This document shows, one piece after another, positions 9,992 to 18,871 of a DNA stretch of 64,000 nucleotides. Numbering within the stretch: the first letter of the stretch is position 1; each line of letters opens with the position of its first letter. The notes under the pieces were generated by a model, which saw only the letters and a list, made by a program, of their open reading frames with translations, had not been told where the DNA came from and made no database searches. Origin of the DNA: an uncultured Spirochaetota bacterium (GTDB lineage: Bacteria > Spirochaetota > Spirochaetia > SZUA-6 > Fen-1364); NCBI GenBank assembly GCA_963745235.1, contig CAVUXE010000044.1, positions 1-64,000 on the forward strand. The letters are read 5' to 3'. A program made the position numbers and the translations under genes.

Positions 9992-10089
9992 TCGCCTTTC
10001 CGAGCACGGGAGGCGCGCCCGTTTCCCGGCGCACCCTGACGGCAGGCCCCCATGCCATGCTGAAGTTTAGGGGCGCTCTGCTCGGCGAC
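9992..10089 (-). ncRNA. Moco-class riboswitch, P3-less (tungsten cofactor, Wco/Tuco) variant
   Basis: Minus strand reads CGCCGAG...CCTAAA...ATGG...CAGGGTGCGCC-GGGAAAC-GGGCGCGCCTCCCGTGCTCGGAAAGGCG, matching the conserved Moco RNA 3' motif GCCUCCCG...GGAAAGG. It sits in the tupA leader. Confidence 0.88.
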
Positions 10090-10131
10090 ACATTCTCAGG
10101 ACCGGATGCTACGTGCGCTCACCTTTCCCTG

Positions 10132-10305
10132 TCAAGGTTGCCCCTTCCGCGGTGCCGCCGGGATGGTGATGCGGATCTCGCGATCCACGTCCACGTCGTG
10201 CAGCGACTGCAGCATCCCGAGAAGCGTGTTCAGCACGAACGTCTTCGTGAAACCGTTCAGCGACACGAGATCATCCCCGTTCAAAATCGAAAGCTCGCGC
10301 TCCAT
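10132..10305 (-). CDS. 57-aa small protein resembling the accessory C-terminal domain of MobB-type proteins
   Basis: Strong AGGAGGTGA RBS; MERELSILNGDDLVSLNGFTKTFVLNTLLGMLQSLHDVDVDREIRITIP...; below the ORF-track length cutoff. Confidence 0.65.
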   Translation of the reverse strand: MERELSILNGDDLVSLNGFTKTFVLNTLLGMLQSLHDVDVDREIRITIPAAPRKGQP

Positions 10306-10347
10306 GGTTCACCTCCTGCGGCAAAGAGGATACACTCCGCCATCACC

Positions 10348-10902
10348 ATGAAGCAATTGCACCTCATCACGGTGGTCGGGCTGAAGCGGACCGGCAAGAC
10401 GACGGTGGTTGAGGCCCTCGTATCGGAGCTGCGCTCACGCGGCCACCAGGTCGGCACCGTCAAGACCATGAGACATCACCGGATCTCCCTGGACGATGCG
10501 GCGGCGGATACCCGCCGTCACGCCGAAGCCGGGGCCTCCGTTGTGGTCGCCATTACCTCGGACGGCACGGCGCGCTTTGAAATGGGCGCTCCCCCCTCCT
10601 CCCTGGAGGAGGTGTCGAGCCTCTTCCCCCCTGGCATCCGGATCCTGGTCAGTGAAGGGGCCATCGACCCGTCAGCGCCGGGGCTTGTCGTTCTCTGCCT
10701 GGATGACATTTCCGCCCTGGAGGAAACGCTTCGGACGCGGGGCATTCGGAAAGACCTCGTGACAGCCATTTCAGGAAAGGGCGCCACCATCGCTGGACCG
10801 TCATCTCTTCCGTCATTCGACGCGACCGACCCCTTTCAACGGAAAGCCCTTGCAGACCTTCTCCTGGGAAAAATCGCGCAGACCGAAAAGGGGCCTGGAT
10901 AA
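10348..10902 (+). CDS. mobB: Molybdopterin-guanine dinucleotide biosynthesis protein B
   Basis: P-loop VVGLKRTGKTT, VGTVK, DTRRHAEAGA, LVSEG. Confidence 0.85.
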   Translation: MKQLHLITVVGLKRTGKTTVVEALVSELRSRGHQVGTVKTMRHHRISLDDAAADTRRHAEAGASVVVAITSDGTARFEMGAPPSSLEEVSSLFPPGIRILVSEGAIDPSAPGLVVLCLDDISALEETLRTRGIRKDLVTAISGKGATIAGPSSLPSFDATDPFQRKALADLLLGKIAQTEKGPG

Positions 10903-10956
10903 AAAAAGACCTGCCCCGGTGAAGAACAAAAGCTGCTCTAGCGGTGGGGCAGGGTC
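10900..10956 (-). terminator. Rho-independent terminator
   Basis: Minus-strand stem GACC(C)TGCCCC...GGGGCAGGTC followed by T7. Confidence 0.65.
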
Positions 10957-10977
10957 AGGGCTGATAGCTCCAAGCAA

Positions 10978-11017
10978 ATCTGATATATCAGATAGCACAG
11001 ACCCGGAGCTTTGTCAA
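10978..11017 (-). promoter_or_regulatory. Sigma70 promoter with a perfect 16-bp palindromic operator
   Basis: TTGACA (11017-11012), N17, TATCTG, overlapping ATCTGATATATCAGAT (10978-10993). Confidence 0.6.
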
Positions 11018-11094
11018 GGAAAATCGTCAGCAAACAAAAGAAATCGAAACAAATCGATAAGGGGTGACGCTGGGCGCCAGGACTCGGTTCCGGG

Positions 11095-11605
11095 CTACCG
11101 GGTGCCTTCCCCGGAGATCCGGATCTGGCGGTCCGAGGGAACATCGAACACGGTGCAGTCATTCTTGTACGTGCGTTCGGGCAGGACGATCAGGCAATTG
11201 ACCACGTTGCTGCCGAAGGCGTAGGGGGCGTGGTGCCATACACCTGGCCTGAGGCAGGCAAGAGTGCCCCGAGGCACAAGGAACACCTCGGCGTCGTCTG
11301 AGGGAAACTCCCGGGATGGGCCTGCCCGGCGCCACGTGCATGAGCACGTCCCCGTCAAGGGGCAGCACGATCTCGCAGCAGGTGTCGTGGAACTCGGAGA
11401 CGTCAATCACGAAGGGACGCTTCACGACCCGGCACACCCCGAACGAAGCCACGGGAACCGCGCCAAGGGTGGACTGGACCATGTCCCCGTAGAACTCGAT
11501 CGGCTCAGCGCCCAGGTGGGGGCCGGAGGGGCTCACCATGCAGGACCAGGTCCCGAACTTCCGAAACCCTTCGAGAGACAGCTTTTTCCAGGCAATTTCC
11601 TTCAT
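11095..11605 (-). CDS. Ureidoglycolate lyase (AllA)-like cupin (frameshift ~11325)
   Basis: LSLEGFRKFG, SEFHDTCCEIVLPLDG, LRPGVWHHAP. Confidence 0.75.
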
Positions 11606-11817
11606 TTCGCGGGCCTCCGGGGGAGAGTGTAGCCGGGATGCCAGGCGGAGGCAACAAGCGTGTTGCAGGCTGCTCCTGCAATGGTCTATAATCGGGTGCA
11701 TCAGCCGGCCGGTGCCTCGCTCGGTTGTCCGCACCAAGGACTCCGCGGCATGCCGGAAGAAGCTGGCCCCGCTGTGCGGGCGCCAGGCATTCACTTCGCG
11801 TAGAGGAGTAAGGTACC

Positions 11818-12084
11818 ATGACTGATGAAATGGTCGGGAGGGTCATTTCCTGCGTGGCGAAATGCCAGAAGCTGCCCCCGGAAAACATCACCATCGACAG
11901 CAAGTTCGAAGACCTGGGAATCGATTCCCTGGACGGGGTGAACATTCTTTACGCGCTGGAAACAGAGTTCAACGTGAGCATACCGGATGATGGGGTGCTT
12001 GGCATCAAGAGCGTAAAGGAGGCCGTGGACGCGCTGGACAAGCTGATCACCGCCGGGGGGGCAAATGGAGCGGCGCGGGCGTAA
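11818..12084 (+). CDS. Acyl carrier protein (NodF-like)
   Basis: LGIDSLD phosphopantetheine serine; GAGGAG RBS. Confidence 0.92.
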   Translation: MTDEMVGRVISCVAKCQKLPPENITIDSKFEDLGIDSLDGVNILYALETEFNVSIPDDGVLGIKSVKEAVDALDKLITAGGANGAARA

Positions 12085-12101
12085 GGCTCGCGACCAGCGC
12101 G

Positions 12102-13317
12102 ATGGAGCGGCGTGTCGTCATCACGGGCGTCGGGGTCGTCTCCGCCCTCGGAAAAAACGCGCGGGAGTTCTGGGAAGCCCTGGTCAAGGGTGAGAGCGGC
12201 ATTGGCCCCATCAGGCAGCTGGACGTCAGCAGCCTGAAGTTCAAAAACGGCGCGGAGGCCCGCAACTGGGCCCCGGAAGAACATTTCGAAGCAAAGCAGC
12301 TGGATTTCGTCGACCGTTTCGCGCAATTCGCGGTGGTGGCCGCGCGCGAGGCAGTCAGGGACTCCGGGATCGAGTGGACGCAGAAGCTTCGAGAGCAGAC
12401 CGGCATCGTGACCGGCTCCTGCGTGGGCGGCAAGTCCACGGAAGACACGGGCTACCAGGAGCTGTATCTCAACAAGCGGCAGCGAATCAGTCCCCTCACC
12501 ATCATGCGGTCCATGGGCAACGCCGGCGCAAGCCACATCTCAATCGAGATGGGCATCACCGGCCCCGCTTTCACCCTGTCCACGGCATGCTCATCAGCGA
12601 ATCACGCAATCGGCCAGGCCTTCCGAATGGTGCGCTCGGGGGACGTGGAAATGGCGCTGGCGGGCGGCAGCGAAGCCCCCTTCAGCCTGGGGAACCTCAA
12701 GGCGTGGGAGGCAATGCGCGTGGTGGCGCCGGACACCTGCCGTCCTTTCAGCGTGGACCGGCTGGGGCATGATGCTGGGCGAAGGCGGCGCCATCCTGGT
12801 CCTGGAGCCGCGCGAGGCGGCAATTGCCCGCGGAGCGCGTATCTACGGGGAGCTGGTGGGGTTCGGGATGTCCTCTGACGCTCACCACCTCACGCAGGCG
12901 TCCGTGGAGGGGCCGGCACGGGCAATGGCGGCGGCGCTGCAGGACGCGGACCTGGAAGCGGAGCAGATCGGCTACATAAACGCCCATGGCACGGCCACGC
13001 AGGTGAACGACCCGGCGGAGGTGGCGGCCATCCGAATGTCCCTGGGCAGGCACGCGGAGCGTGTTGCTGTCAGCTCCACGAAATCAATGCACGGCCATGC
13101 CCTCGGCGCGGCCGGGGCAATCGAGGCCATTGCAACGGTCCTTGCCCTCAAGAACTGCACACTGCCGCCAACGGCGAACTTCACCAGGATTGATCCGCGC
13201 TGCGATCTGGATGTCATCCCCAACACCGCCCGGCACGCGGAGGTTGAATACGCCCTCTCGAACTCGTTCGCGTTTGGGGGTTTGAACGCGGTGCTTGCCT
13301 TCCGGGCCCCGAGGTAG
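12102..13317 (+). CDS. Beta-ketoacyl-ACP synthase II family, NodE-like (frameshift ~12765)
   Basis: Catalytic STACSSANHA, NAHGTAT and HGHALG; KAWEAMRVVAPDTCRPFS; SNSFAFGG. Confidence 0.9.
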
Positions 13318-13364
13318 CTTCCCGCCCCGCGTGGGGCCAGGGGGCGGCACCAACGAGACCTGCT

Positions 13365-15533
13365 TCACTTCTGGGTCATGACCCACACGCCGCTCCACCC
13401 GTCCTGCGGCGGCGCTGCGGCAAGCTCCCTGCACTTCTCCACGTAGCAGGAGGCCGGAGGGTCCTGTGCGGCCGTCGTCTCGAAAATCCGCTGCGCTTCC
13501 TCGAACCTCCCCGCGTAGTACTCCCTGAGGCCCCGGTCGAACACCTCCAGGGAGGGGCGTCGGCGCTCGTAGGTCTCCGGTGTCATGGGCTCGTAGACCG
13601 TCACGGGCTCCTTGCGGCCCACCACCGCAATGCGGGACACCTCGCGGAGGGGAAACGCTCCACCCAGCCGCTCCTTCACCATGGCTGATATCATGGTGAA
13701 AGTCTTGAACTGCTTGTTCACGCCCTCCAGCCGCGAGGCGAGGTTCACGGCGTCACCCAGCATCGTATAGTTGAACTTCGTGTGGGAGCCGAAGTTGCCC
13801 ACCACGGCGGGCCCGGAGTTGATGCCTATCCGCTTGTACAAGTCCTTCTTCACCCGTGCCCGAAGGATGGGCCGCAGCTCGTCCAGCCGCGCCTGGCAGC
13901 GCAGGGCAGCCCGCACGGCCCGAACGGCGTGGTCCTCCTGCGTGAGAGGGGCGTTCCAGAAGGCGATGATGGCGTCCCCCTCGTACTTGTCTATGGTCCC
14001 GCCCTCCTCCTGGATGATGTCCGTCATGGCGGTGAGATATTCGTTGAGGAGCGCGGTGAGCTCTTCAGGTCCGAGAGCCTCCGAGATTGTCGTGAAACCC
14101 TGCAGATCGGAGAAGAAGATCGAAAGGTCTCTCTTCTCTCCTCCGAGCTTGAGGCGCTCCGGGTGGGCAATCAGCTCTTCGATTATCGTGGGGCTGAGGT
14201 ACTGCCTGAAAGCACTCTTGATGTAGCGCTTCTGCTGGCCTTCCGTGGCGTAGCTCACCAGGCTGGAGCCGACCAGGGAGAGAAGCGTCCCCAGCTCCAG
14301 GACCATGATCTGCATCCAATAGCCCAGGGCGTATGCGGCAATGCCGAGCAGGGGAGCGAGAGGAATGAAAGCCACGTAGATCAGCGCCGTCCGACCGGCT
14401 CGGGAAATGGCAGAGACCGCCACCCCCGCTCCGAGGCACAGGATGAGGAGGAGCGAAATGGTGGCGGAAGCGGACATCGGCCGCATGAAGTCCGCCGAAA
14501 GGAGGTTGTCCAGCATGGTTGCATTCACTTCGACGCCGGGGTATGACCCGCTCATGGGGGTCGGTTTCAGATCGAAGAGGCCCGGGGCGTTGAAGCCGAA
14601 AAGGACGTACTTGTCCTTGAAGACCGCGGGGTCCAACGAGGGGACCTTCCCGTCAGCGATCTGCTGATAGGACTGCAGGACCGCTGCAGCGCTGTATGCC
14701 TTGTGAGTCAGGGTCGGGCCCCGGTAGCGCAGGATGGCCCTGCCGTTGCGGTCGATGGGAACCTGCACCGTGCCCACCGACAGGCGCCCCGGCCGAATGG
14801 AAAGAGAGCCTTCGTTCGGATGTCCGGTGAGCCATGCCGCGAGCGCTTCAGAGGGAACGACCCGGCCGTCGAAGACGCTGAAAAGCGGCTCGCGGCGATA
14901 GACCCCGTCAGCCCTGTCAGGAGGAAGGTTCGTGGTCGCAAGAAGTCGGGCGTTCTCCAGGAGCTCCGGGATGGGCAGCTGGAGGCTCGTGTAGACCATT
15001 CCTTCCGGACGGTTCCCCGCGAGCCACGCGTCCAGCCCCTGGATGCTGATGGGAGGCGCGGCTGCCTGGGCGGGCCACGCCTGTGCCAGCCCTTTTCCCG
15101 TATGGTCGCTGAGCTGCATGACGCCCACGACGTTCCCGCTCTGCCTGAGCCCGGAAGCGAAGCTCTGGTCGTCGTCCACTCCGTAGGTCGACGGCTCGGT
15201 ATACAGAACATCGAACACCACCGCCTTGGCGCCGCCTTGCCGGCAGAAGTCTGCCACGATCCCGTACAGCTCGCGCGGCCACGGCCACGAAAGCCCGTTC
15301 ACGTCTTTTCCCCACGCCAGGCTCCTGTCATCCACCAGGATGGTGACAACCTGGCCGGTGGCGTTTCCCGGGCGCTCCAGGAGCCGGGCGCGCAGGTCCC
15401 AGGTGCGGTACTCGAATATGTCCAGGGCGTGGGGGAGCCACAGCGCGGCTGCAACGGCTGCCGCGATCAGTCCAATGATGCCGCCCTGGATGACCCTGCG
15501 AAGACCGGCCGGAATTGCCCGTGCGCCGGCCAC
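13365..15533 (-). CDS. CHASE2-domain class III adenylate cyclase
   Basis: CHASE2 (WPWPRELYG, VFDVLYTEPS, YPGVEVNAT), 3 TM helices, cyclase motifs FSDLQGFT, DKYEGDA, YTMLGDAVNLASRLEG. Confidence 0.93.
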   Translation of the reverse strand: MAGARAIPAGLRRVIQGGIIGLIAAAVAAALWLPHALDIFEYRTWDLRARLLERPGNATGQVVTILVDDRSLAWGKDVNGLSWPWPRELYGIVADFCRQGGAKAVVFDVLYTEPSTYGVDDDQSFASGLRQSGNVVGVMQLSDHTGKGLAQAWPAQAAAPPISIQGLDAWLAGNRPEGMVYTSLQLPIPELLENARLLATTNLPPDRADGVYRREPLFSVFDGRVVPSEALAAWLTGHPNEGSLSIRPGRLSVGTVQVPIDRNGRAILRYRGPTLTHKAYSAAAVLQSYQQIADGKVPSLDPAVFKDKYVLFGFNAPGLFDLKPTPMSGSYPGVEVNATMLDNLLSADFMRPMSASATISLLLILCLGAGVAVSAISRAGRTALIYVAFIPLAPLLGIAAYALGYWMQIMVLELGTLLSLVGSSLVSYATEGQQKRYIKSAFRQYLSPTIIEELIAHPERLKLGGEKRDLSIFFSDLQGFTTISEALGPEELTALLNEYLTAMTDIIQEEGGTIDKYEGDAIIAFWNAPLTQEDHAVRAVRAALRCQARLDELRPILRARVKKDLYKRIGINSGPAVVGNFGSHTKFNYTMLGDAVNLASRLEGVNKQFKTFTMISAMVKERLGGAFPLREVSRIAVVGRKEPVTVYEPMTPETYERRRPSLEVFDRGLREYYAGRFEEAQRIFETTAAQDPPASCYVEKCRELAAAPPQDGWSGVWVMTQK

Positions 15534-15536
15534 GGC

Positions 15537-16418
15537 CTATATGTTCCCCAAGGCAGCCTGGTAGCGCGCCTGACGGGCAGCCTGCGCTTGCGGCGGGGTC
15601 ACCACCGCCGGCTGGCTGGCCAGCGTCTCATTCACTTTCTGTATCCTGTCCTTGGGATCCGGGTGAGTCTTCGCGAAATCCAGCCCGCCGGGTTTCAACT
15701 TCGTCTTCATGACCTGGAGCATGGCCGTGAAAGCGCTGGGATCATAGCCGGCATTCCTCATGATCTTCAGCGCCATCTGGTCGGCCTGGAACTCCAGGTC
15801 GCGCGAGTAGCCGTTATTGACCAGTGTGTTCGTGACGTCAGTGATGGAGTCCTTGAAGATGTCGGTCAGCTGCTGGACGTTGGAGCCCCCGACGGTGTTC
15901 GCCGTCGCGATTCCAAGCTGCGTGAAGGCGGCGGTCTTGCGCGCCTGCTTGATTGCGTTCAGCCCGTGCTTGAGGACCACGTGGCTTGTTTCATGGGCCA
16001 GGATGGCCGCAACGGAGTCCTCGCTCGTCGCGCATCGCAGGAGACCGCGGCTCACCAGGATGAGCCCTCCCGGAGCTGAGAAGGCGTTGATCTCATCCGA
16101 GTCCATGATCAGCACGTGGTAGCCACCGAAGGTGTCGGGCCTGTCCGAATAGATCGCCAGCGCCCTTTCCAGGACGTTGAGATAGTCGGTTGCCTTCCTG
16201 TCGTCGTAGACCTTGCGGGAGCTGAGGATGTTCGCGGCAACCGCCCGTCCGATATAGTACTCCTGCTCGTCGGTGAACTCTGTCTGCTGGGCCGTCTGGA
16301 CGTTCTGAAGCCCCTGGCCCACCGCCATCACGTTGCCGACGCTCAGGTCCATGCTGGCGCAGCCGCTGAAGGCCAGGACCAGGACCGCGGCGGGGAGGAG
16401 TCGAAGAAAAGTCCTCAC
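15537..16418 (-). CDS. M48 family zinc metalloprotease lipoprotein
   Basis: Lipobox FSGC, INAFSAPGG, HETSH, YSRDLEFQAD, THP...RI. Confidence 0.92.
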   Translation of the reverse strand: MRTFLRLLPAAVLVLAFSGCASMDLSVGNVMAVGQGLQNVQTAQQTEFTDEQEYYIGRAVAANILSSRKVYDDRKATDYLNVLERALAIYSDRPDTFGGYHVLIMDSDEINAFSAPGGLILVSRGLLRCATSEDSVAAILAHETSHVVLKHGLNAIKQARKTAAFTQLGIATANTVGGSNVQQLTDIFKDSITDVTNTLVNNGYSRDLEFQADQMALKIMRNAGYDPSAFTAMLQVMKTKLKPGGLDFAKTHPDPKDRIQKVNETLASQPAVVTPPQAQAARQARYQAALGNI

Positions 16419-16913
16419 TGCGCGCCTCCCGTGGTGTTCAGGCCGCCCTTCTGGAGAAAGGCGAGGACCTGGTCATCCGTCGGACTGTAGCCTTCCATGC
16501 GGTCCACCCAGGTATAGTCGACGTTTCCCTCCGCCTTGTACTGCTTTTCAACGTCTTCGTTGAATCCCTTTCCTGCAAGGGCGACCTCGCCGCCGGAGGC
16601 TCCCGTTTGAGCGGTCTCCGAGCCGGCTTGAAGCTTGATGGGCTTGTCGGTCAGGGCGGAAAGGCTCACCCATCCCTGGATGCCTTTCTCCGGCACGCTG
16701 ATCTTGCGCCACGTCTGCGGCGCGCCGGCCGGCTGATCGAGGACTGTCACCCTGTCCCCGTAGGCAAGGGAGCCGACTATCTTCCCGAGTGCGCTGGGAG
16801 TGGCGCGGACCTTGACGACCTGCACCGTCACGCTCATCTGGGGCGGGTCCGCGAAAAGCAGCAGCGGACGCCAGAACAAGGCACGCTGCCACGGCCAGAC
16901 AGACTCTCGACAT
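16415..16913 (-). CDS. Secreted SH3b-domain protein (frameshift ~16855)
   Basis: GAGGAGG RBS, signal peptide, VRATPS...LAYGDRVTV...W...GWVS, tail VALAGKGFNEDVE. Confidence 0.8.
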
Positions 16914-17010
16914 TCCGCACCTCCTCAGGAATCGCAATGTAGCCTGAAATCGGGCGGTTGTCACGGTGTTTCTTGACATCTGAGGGCGAATCGAGAACAC
17001 TCACCGGATC

Positions 17011-17937
17011 GTGGCAGAATCGAAATGCGCAGGAAGGCTGACGGCAGCAGGCCTTGCCGTCGTGCTTCTTGCCGGGTGTGCCCACGGAGGCAAGGGCGAC
17101 CCGCGTGCGCCAGACACCGTCAAGGCTCGAGCCGCGCAGACGGTGCCATTCACTCTGCAGAATACGGGCTCCGACACGCTGGTCAACCTCGCGCTTGCCT
17201 GGGCGGAACGATACATGGCAGGTCACCCCGTGGTGCGCATCTCCGTGACCGGAGGGGGGTCGGGTACCGGGATAGCCTCCCTGATCAATGGCACCATCCA
17301 GATCGCAAACGCATCCCGGGAGATGTCCCAGGAGGAGATCGCCGCGGCGAAAAAGAACGGGATAACGCCCGTCCGCTTCACCGTGGCCCTGGACGCCATA
17401 GCGGTCGTCGAGAATCCGAATAATCCCGTCACCGGGCTCACGCTGAGCCAGGTCTCTGATCTCTACACCGGCAGGCTCAGGACATGGAGCCAGGTCGGGG
17501 GAGAGGACCGACCGGTAGTCCTCCTCTCGCGAGAATCCAACTCAGGCACGTATGTCTATTTCCTGGAACAGGTCGTGAGACGGGGGAACCCGAAGGGCGC
17601 GGAGCTCTTCTCCCCGGAGACCCTCCTCATGCCGTCCTCGGAGGGCATCACGACTGAGGTCCGGCAGAACCGCAACGCAATCGGGTACGACGGCCTGGGT
17701 TACGTGACTCCAGACTTGAAGAAAGTGGCAATTGCCCGTGGGAGCAACGCGCCGTATGTGCTGCCCTCCGCGCAGACCGTGCGTGATGGCTCCTACCCCG
17801 TGTCACGGCCCCTGTACATGTACACAGCCGGGGAGCCGGACGGACAGATCAAGGCGTATCTGGACTGGGTGATGAAAGACGGCCAGGAGCTGGTGAAGGA
17901 GCTGGGCTTTGTCCCGCTTCCCGGGAGCAGTCAGTGA
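17011..17937 (+). CDS. pstS: Phosphate ABC transporter substrate-binding lipoprotein
   Basis: GSDT, GGGSGTGI, SRESNSGT, YPVSRPLY; lipobox LAGC. Confidence 0.93.
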   Translation: MAESKCAGRLTAAGLAVVLLAGCAHGGKGDPRAPDTVKARAAQTVPFTLQNTGSDTLVNLALAWAERYMAGHPVVRISVTGGGSGTGIASLINGTIQIANASREMSQEEIAAAKKNGITPVRFTVALDAIAVVENPNNPVTGLTLSQVSDLYTGRLRTWSQVGGEDRPVVLLSRESNSGTYVYFLEQVVRRGNPKGAELFSPETLLMPSSEGITTEVRQNRNAIGYDGLGYVTPDLKKVAIARGSNAPYVLPSAQTVRDGSYPVSRPLYMYTAGEPDGQIKAYLDWVMKDGQELVKELGFVPLPGSSQ

Positions 17938-18871
17938 GCGGCGCCGCTTCCGGGGGAGCGGCTCGCGTAAGCCCTCCCTCAGGAAAAGCCGGACCCGGGC
18001 GGGCGAGTTTGCGGTGGAAGCCTTCATCCGCGTGCTCGGCTTCTCTACGATCGGGTTCGTCGTCCTTATTTTCCTTTTCCTTCTTCGAGAGGGCGTCCCC
18101 GCCTTTTTCGAGGTGCCCCTGAACGGGCTCTTCTCCACGCGGTGGTATCCGACGTTCAAGCTCTTCGGGACGCTGCCCCTGATCCTGGGATCGGTTCTTG
18201 TCACTGTGGCGTCCATCGTCATCGCGCTGCCCCTCGGGGTGGCGACGGCCGTCTTTGTCCGCGAGGTGGCCCCTCGCTGGGCGCGGGAAGTCCTGAAGCC
18301 CGTCATTGAGGTGCTTGCAGGGATTCCGTCCGTCGTGCTCGGCTTCTTCGGCATGACCTACGTCGCCCCCCTGGTCCGCGAGCTCCTGGGCGCGCCCACA
18401 GGCCTGACTGCTTTCAGCGGCGCTTTGCTCCTGGCCTACATGGCATTACCCACCATCATCAGCGTTGCCGAGGACGCCCTGGACTCGGTGCCGCGCAGCT
18501 ACCGCGACGCCGGCCTTGCCATGGGGGCCACGCGCTGGCAGACCATCTGGCGCGTGGTCGTGCCCGCGGGCAGGTCCGGCATTCTCACCGCCGTCATGCT
18601 GGGAATGGGCAGGGCCATTGGAGAGACCATGGCTGTCATGATGGTGACCGGCAACGCGGCGGTGATGCCCACCTCCCTGGCGTTCCTGTTCAAGCCCGTT
18701 CGCACAATGACCGCCACGATTGCGGCAGAGATGGGCGAGGTAGCGCGGGGAAGCACCCACTACCACGCGCTGTTCGGCATCGGGATCATCCTTTTTGTCC
18801 TCACGTTCCTCATCAACCTGGCCGCGGCCAAGGCGATCTTCCAGAAGAGGCGCCGGGGAGGCCTGCGCTGA
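17909..18871 (+). CDS. pstC: Phosphate ABC transporter permease (start uncertain)
   Basis: LAGIPSVVLGFFG, GRAIGETMAVMMVTGN. Confidence 0.92.
   Translation: MSRFPGAVSERRRFRGSGSRKPSLRKSRTRAGEFAVEAFIRVLGFSTIGFVVLIFLFLLREGVPAFFEVPLNGLFSTRWYPTFKLFGTLPLILGSVLVTVASIVIALPLGVATAVFVREVAPRWAREVLKPVIEVLAGIPSVVLGFFGMTYVAPLVRELLGAPTGLTAFSGALLLAYMALPTIISVAEDALDSVPRSYRDAGLAMGATRWQTIWRVVVPAGRSGILTAVMLGMGRAIGETMAVMMVTGNAAVMPTSLAFLFKPVRTMTATIAAEMGEVARGSTHYHALFGIGIILFVLTFLINLAAAKAIFQKRRRGGLR

Noticed and set aside
11690-11817. Structured leader upstream of the ACP gene as a riboswitch
   Set aside because: Only short GC-rich hairpins, with no recognisable family motif.
16958-16982. Pho box upstream of pstS
   Set aside because: Only one TGTCA half-site plus an inverted TGACA that is the -35 element; no 11-bp direct repeat.
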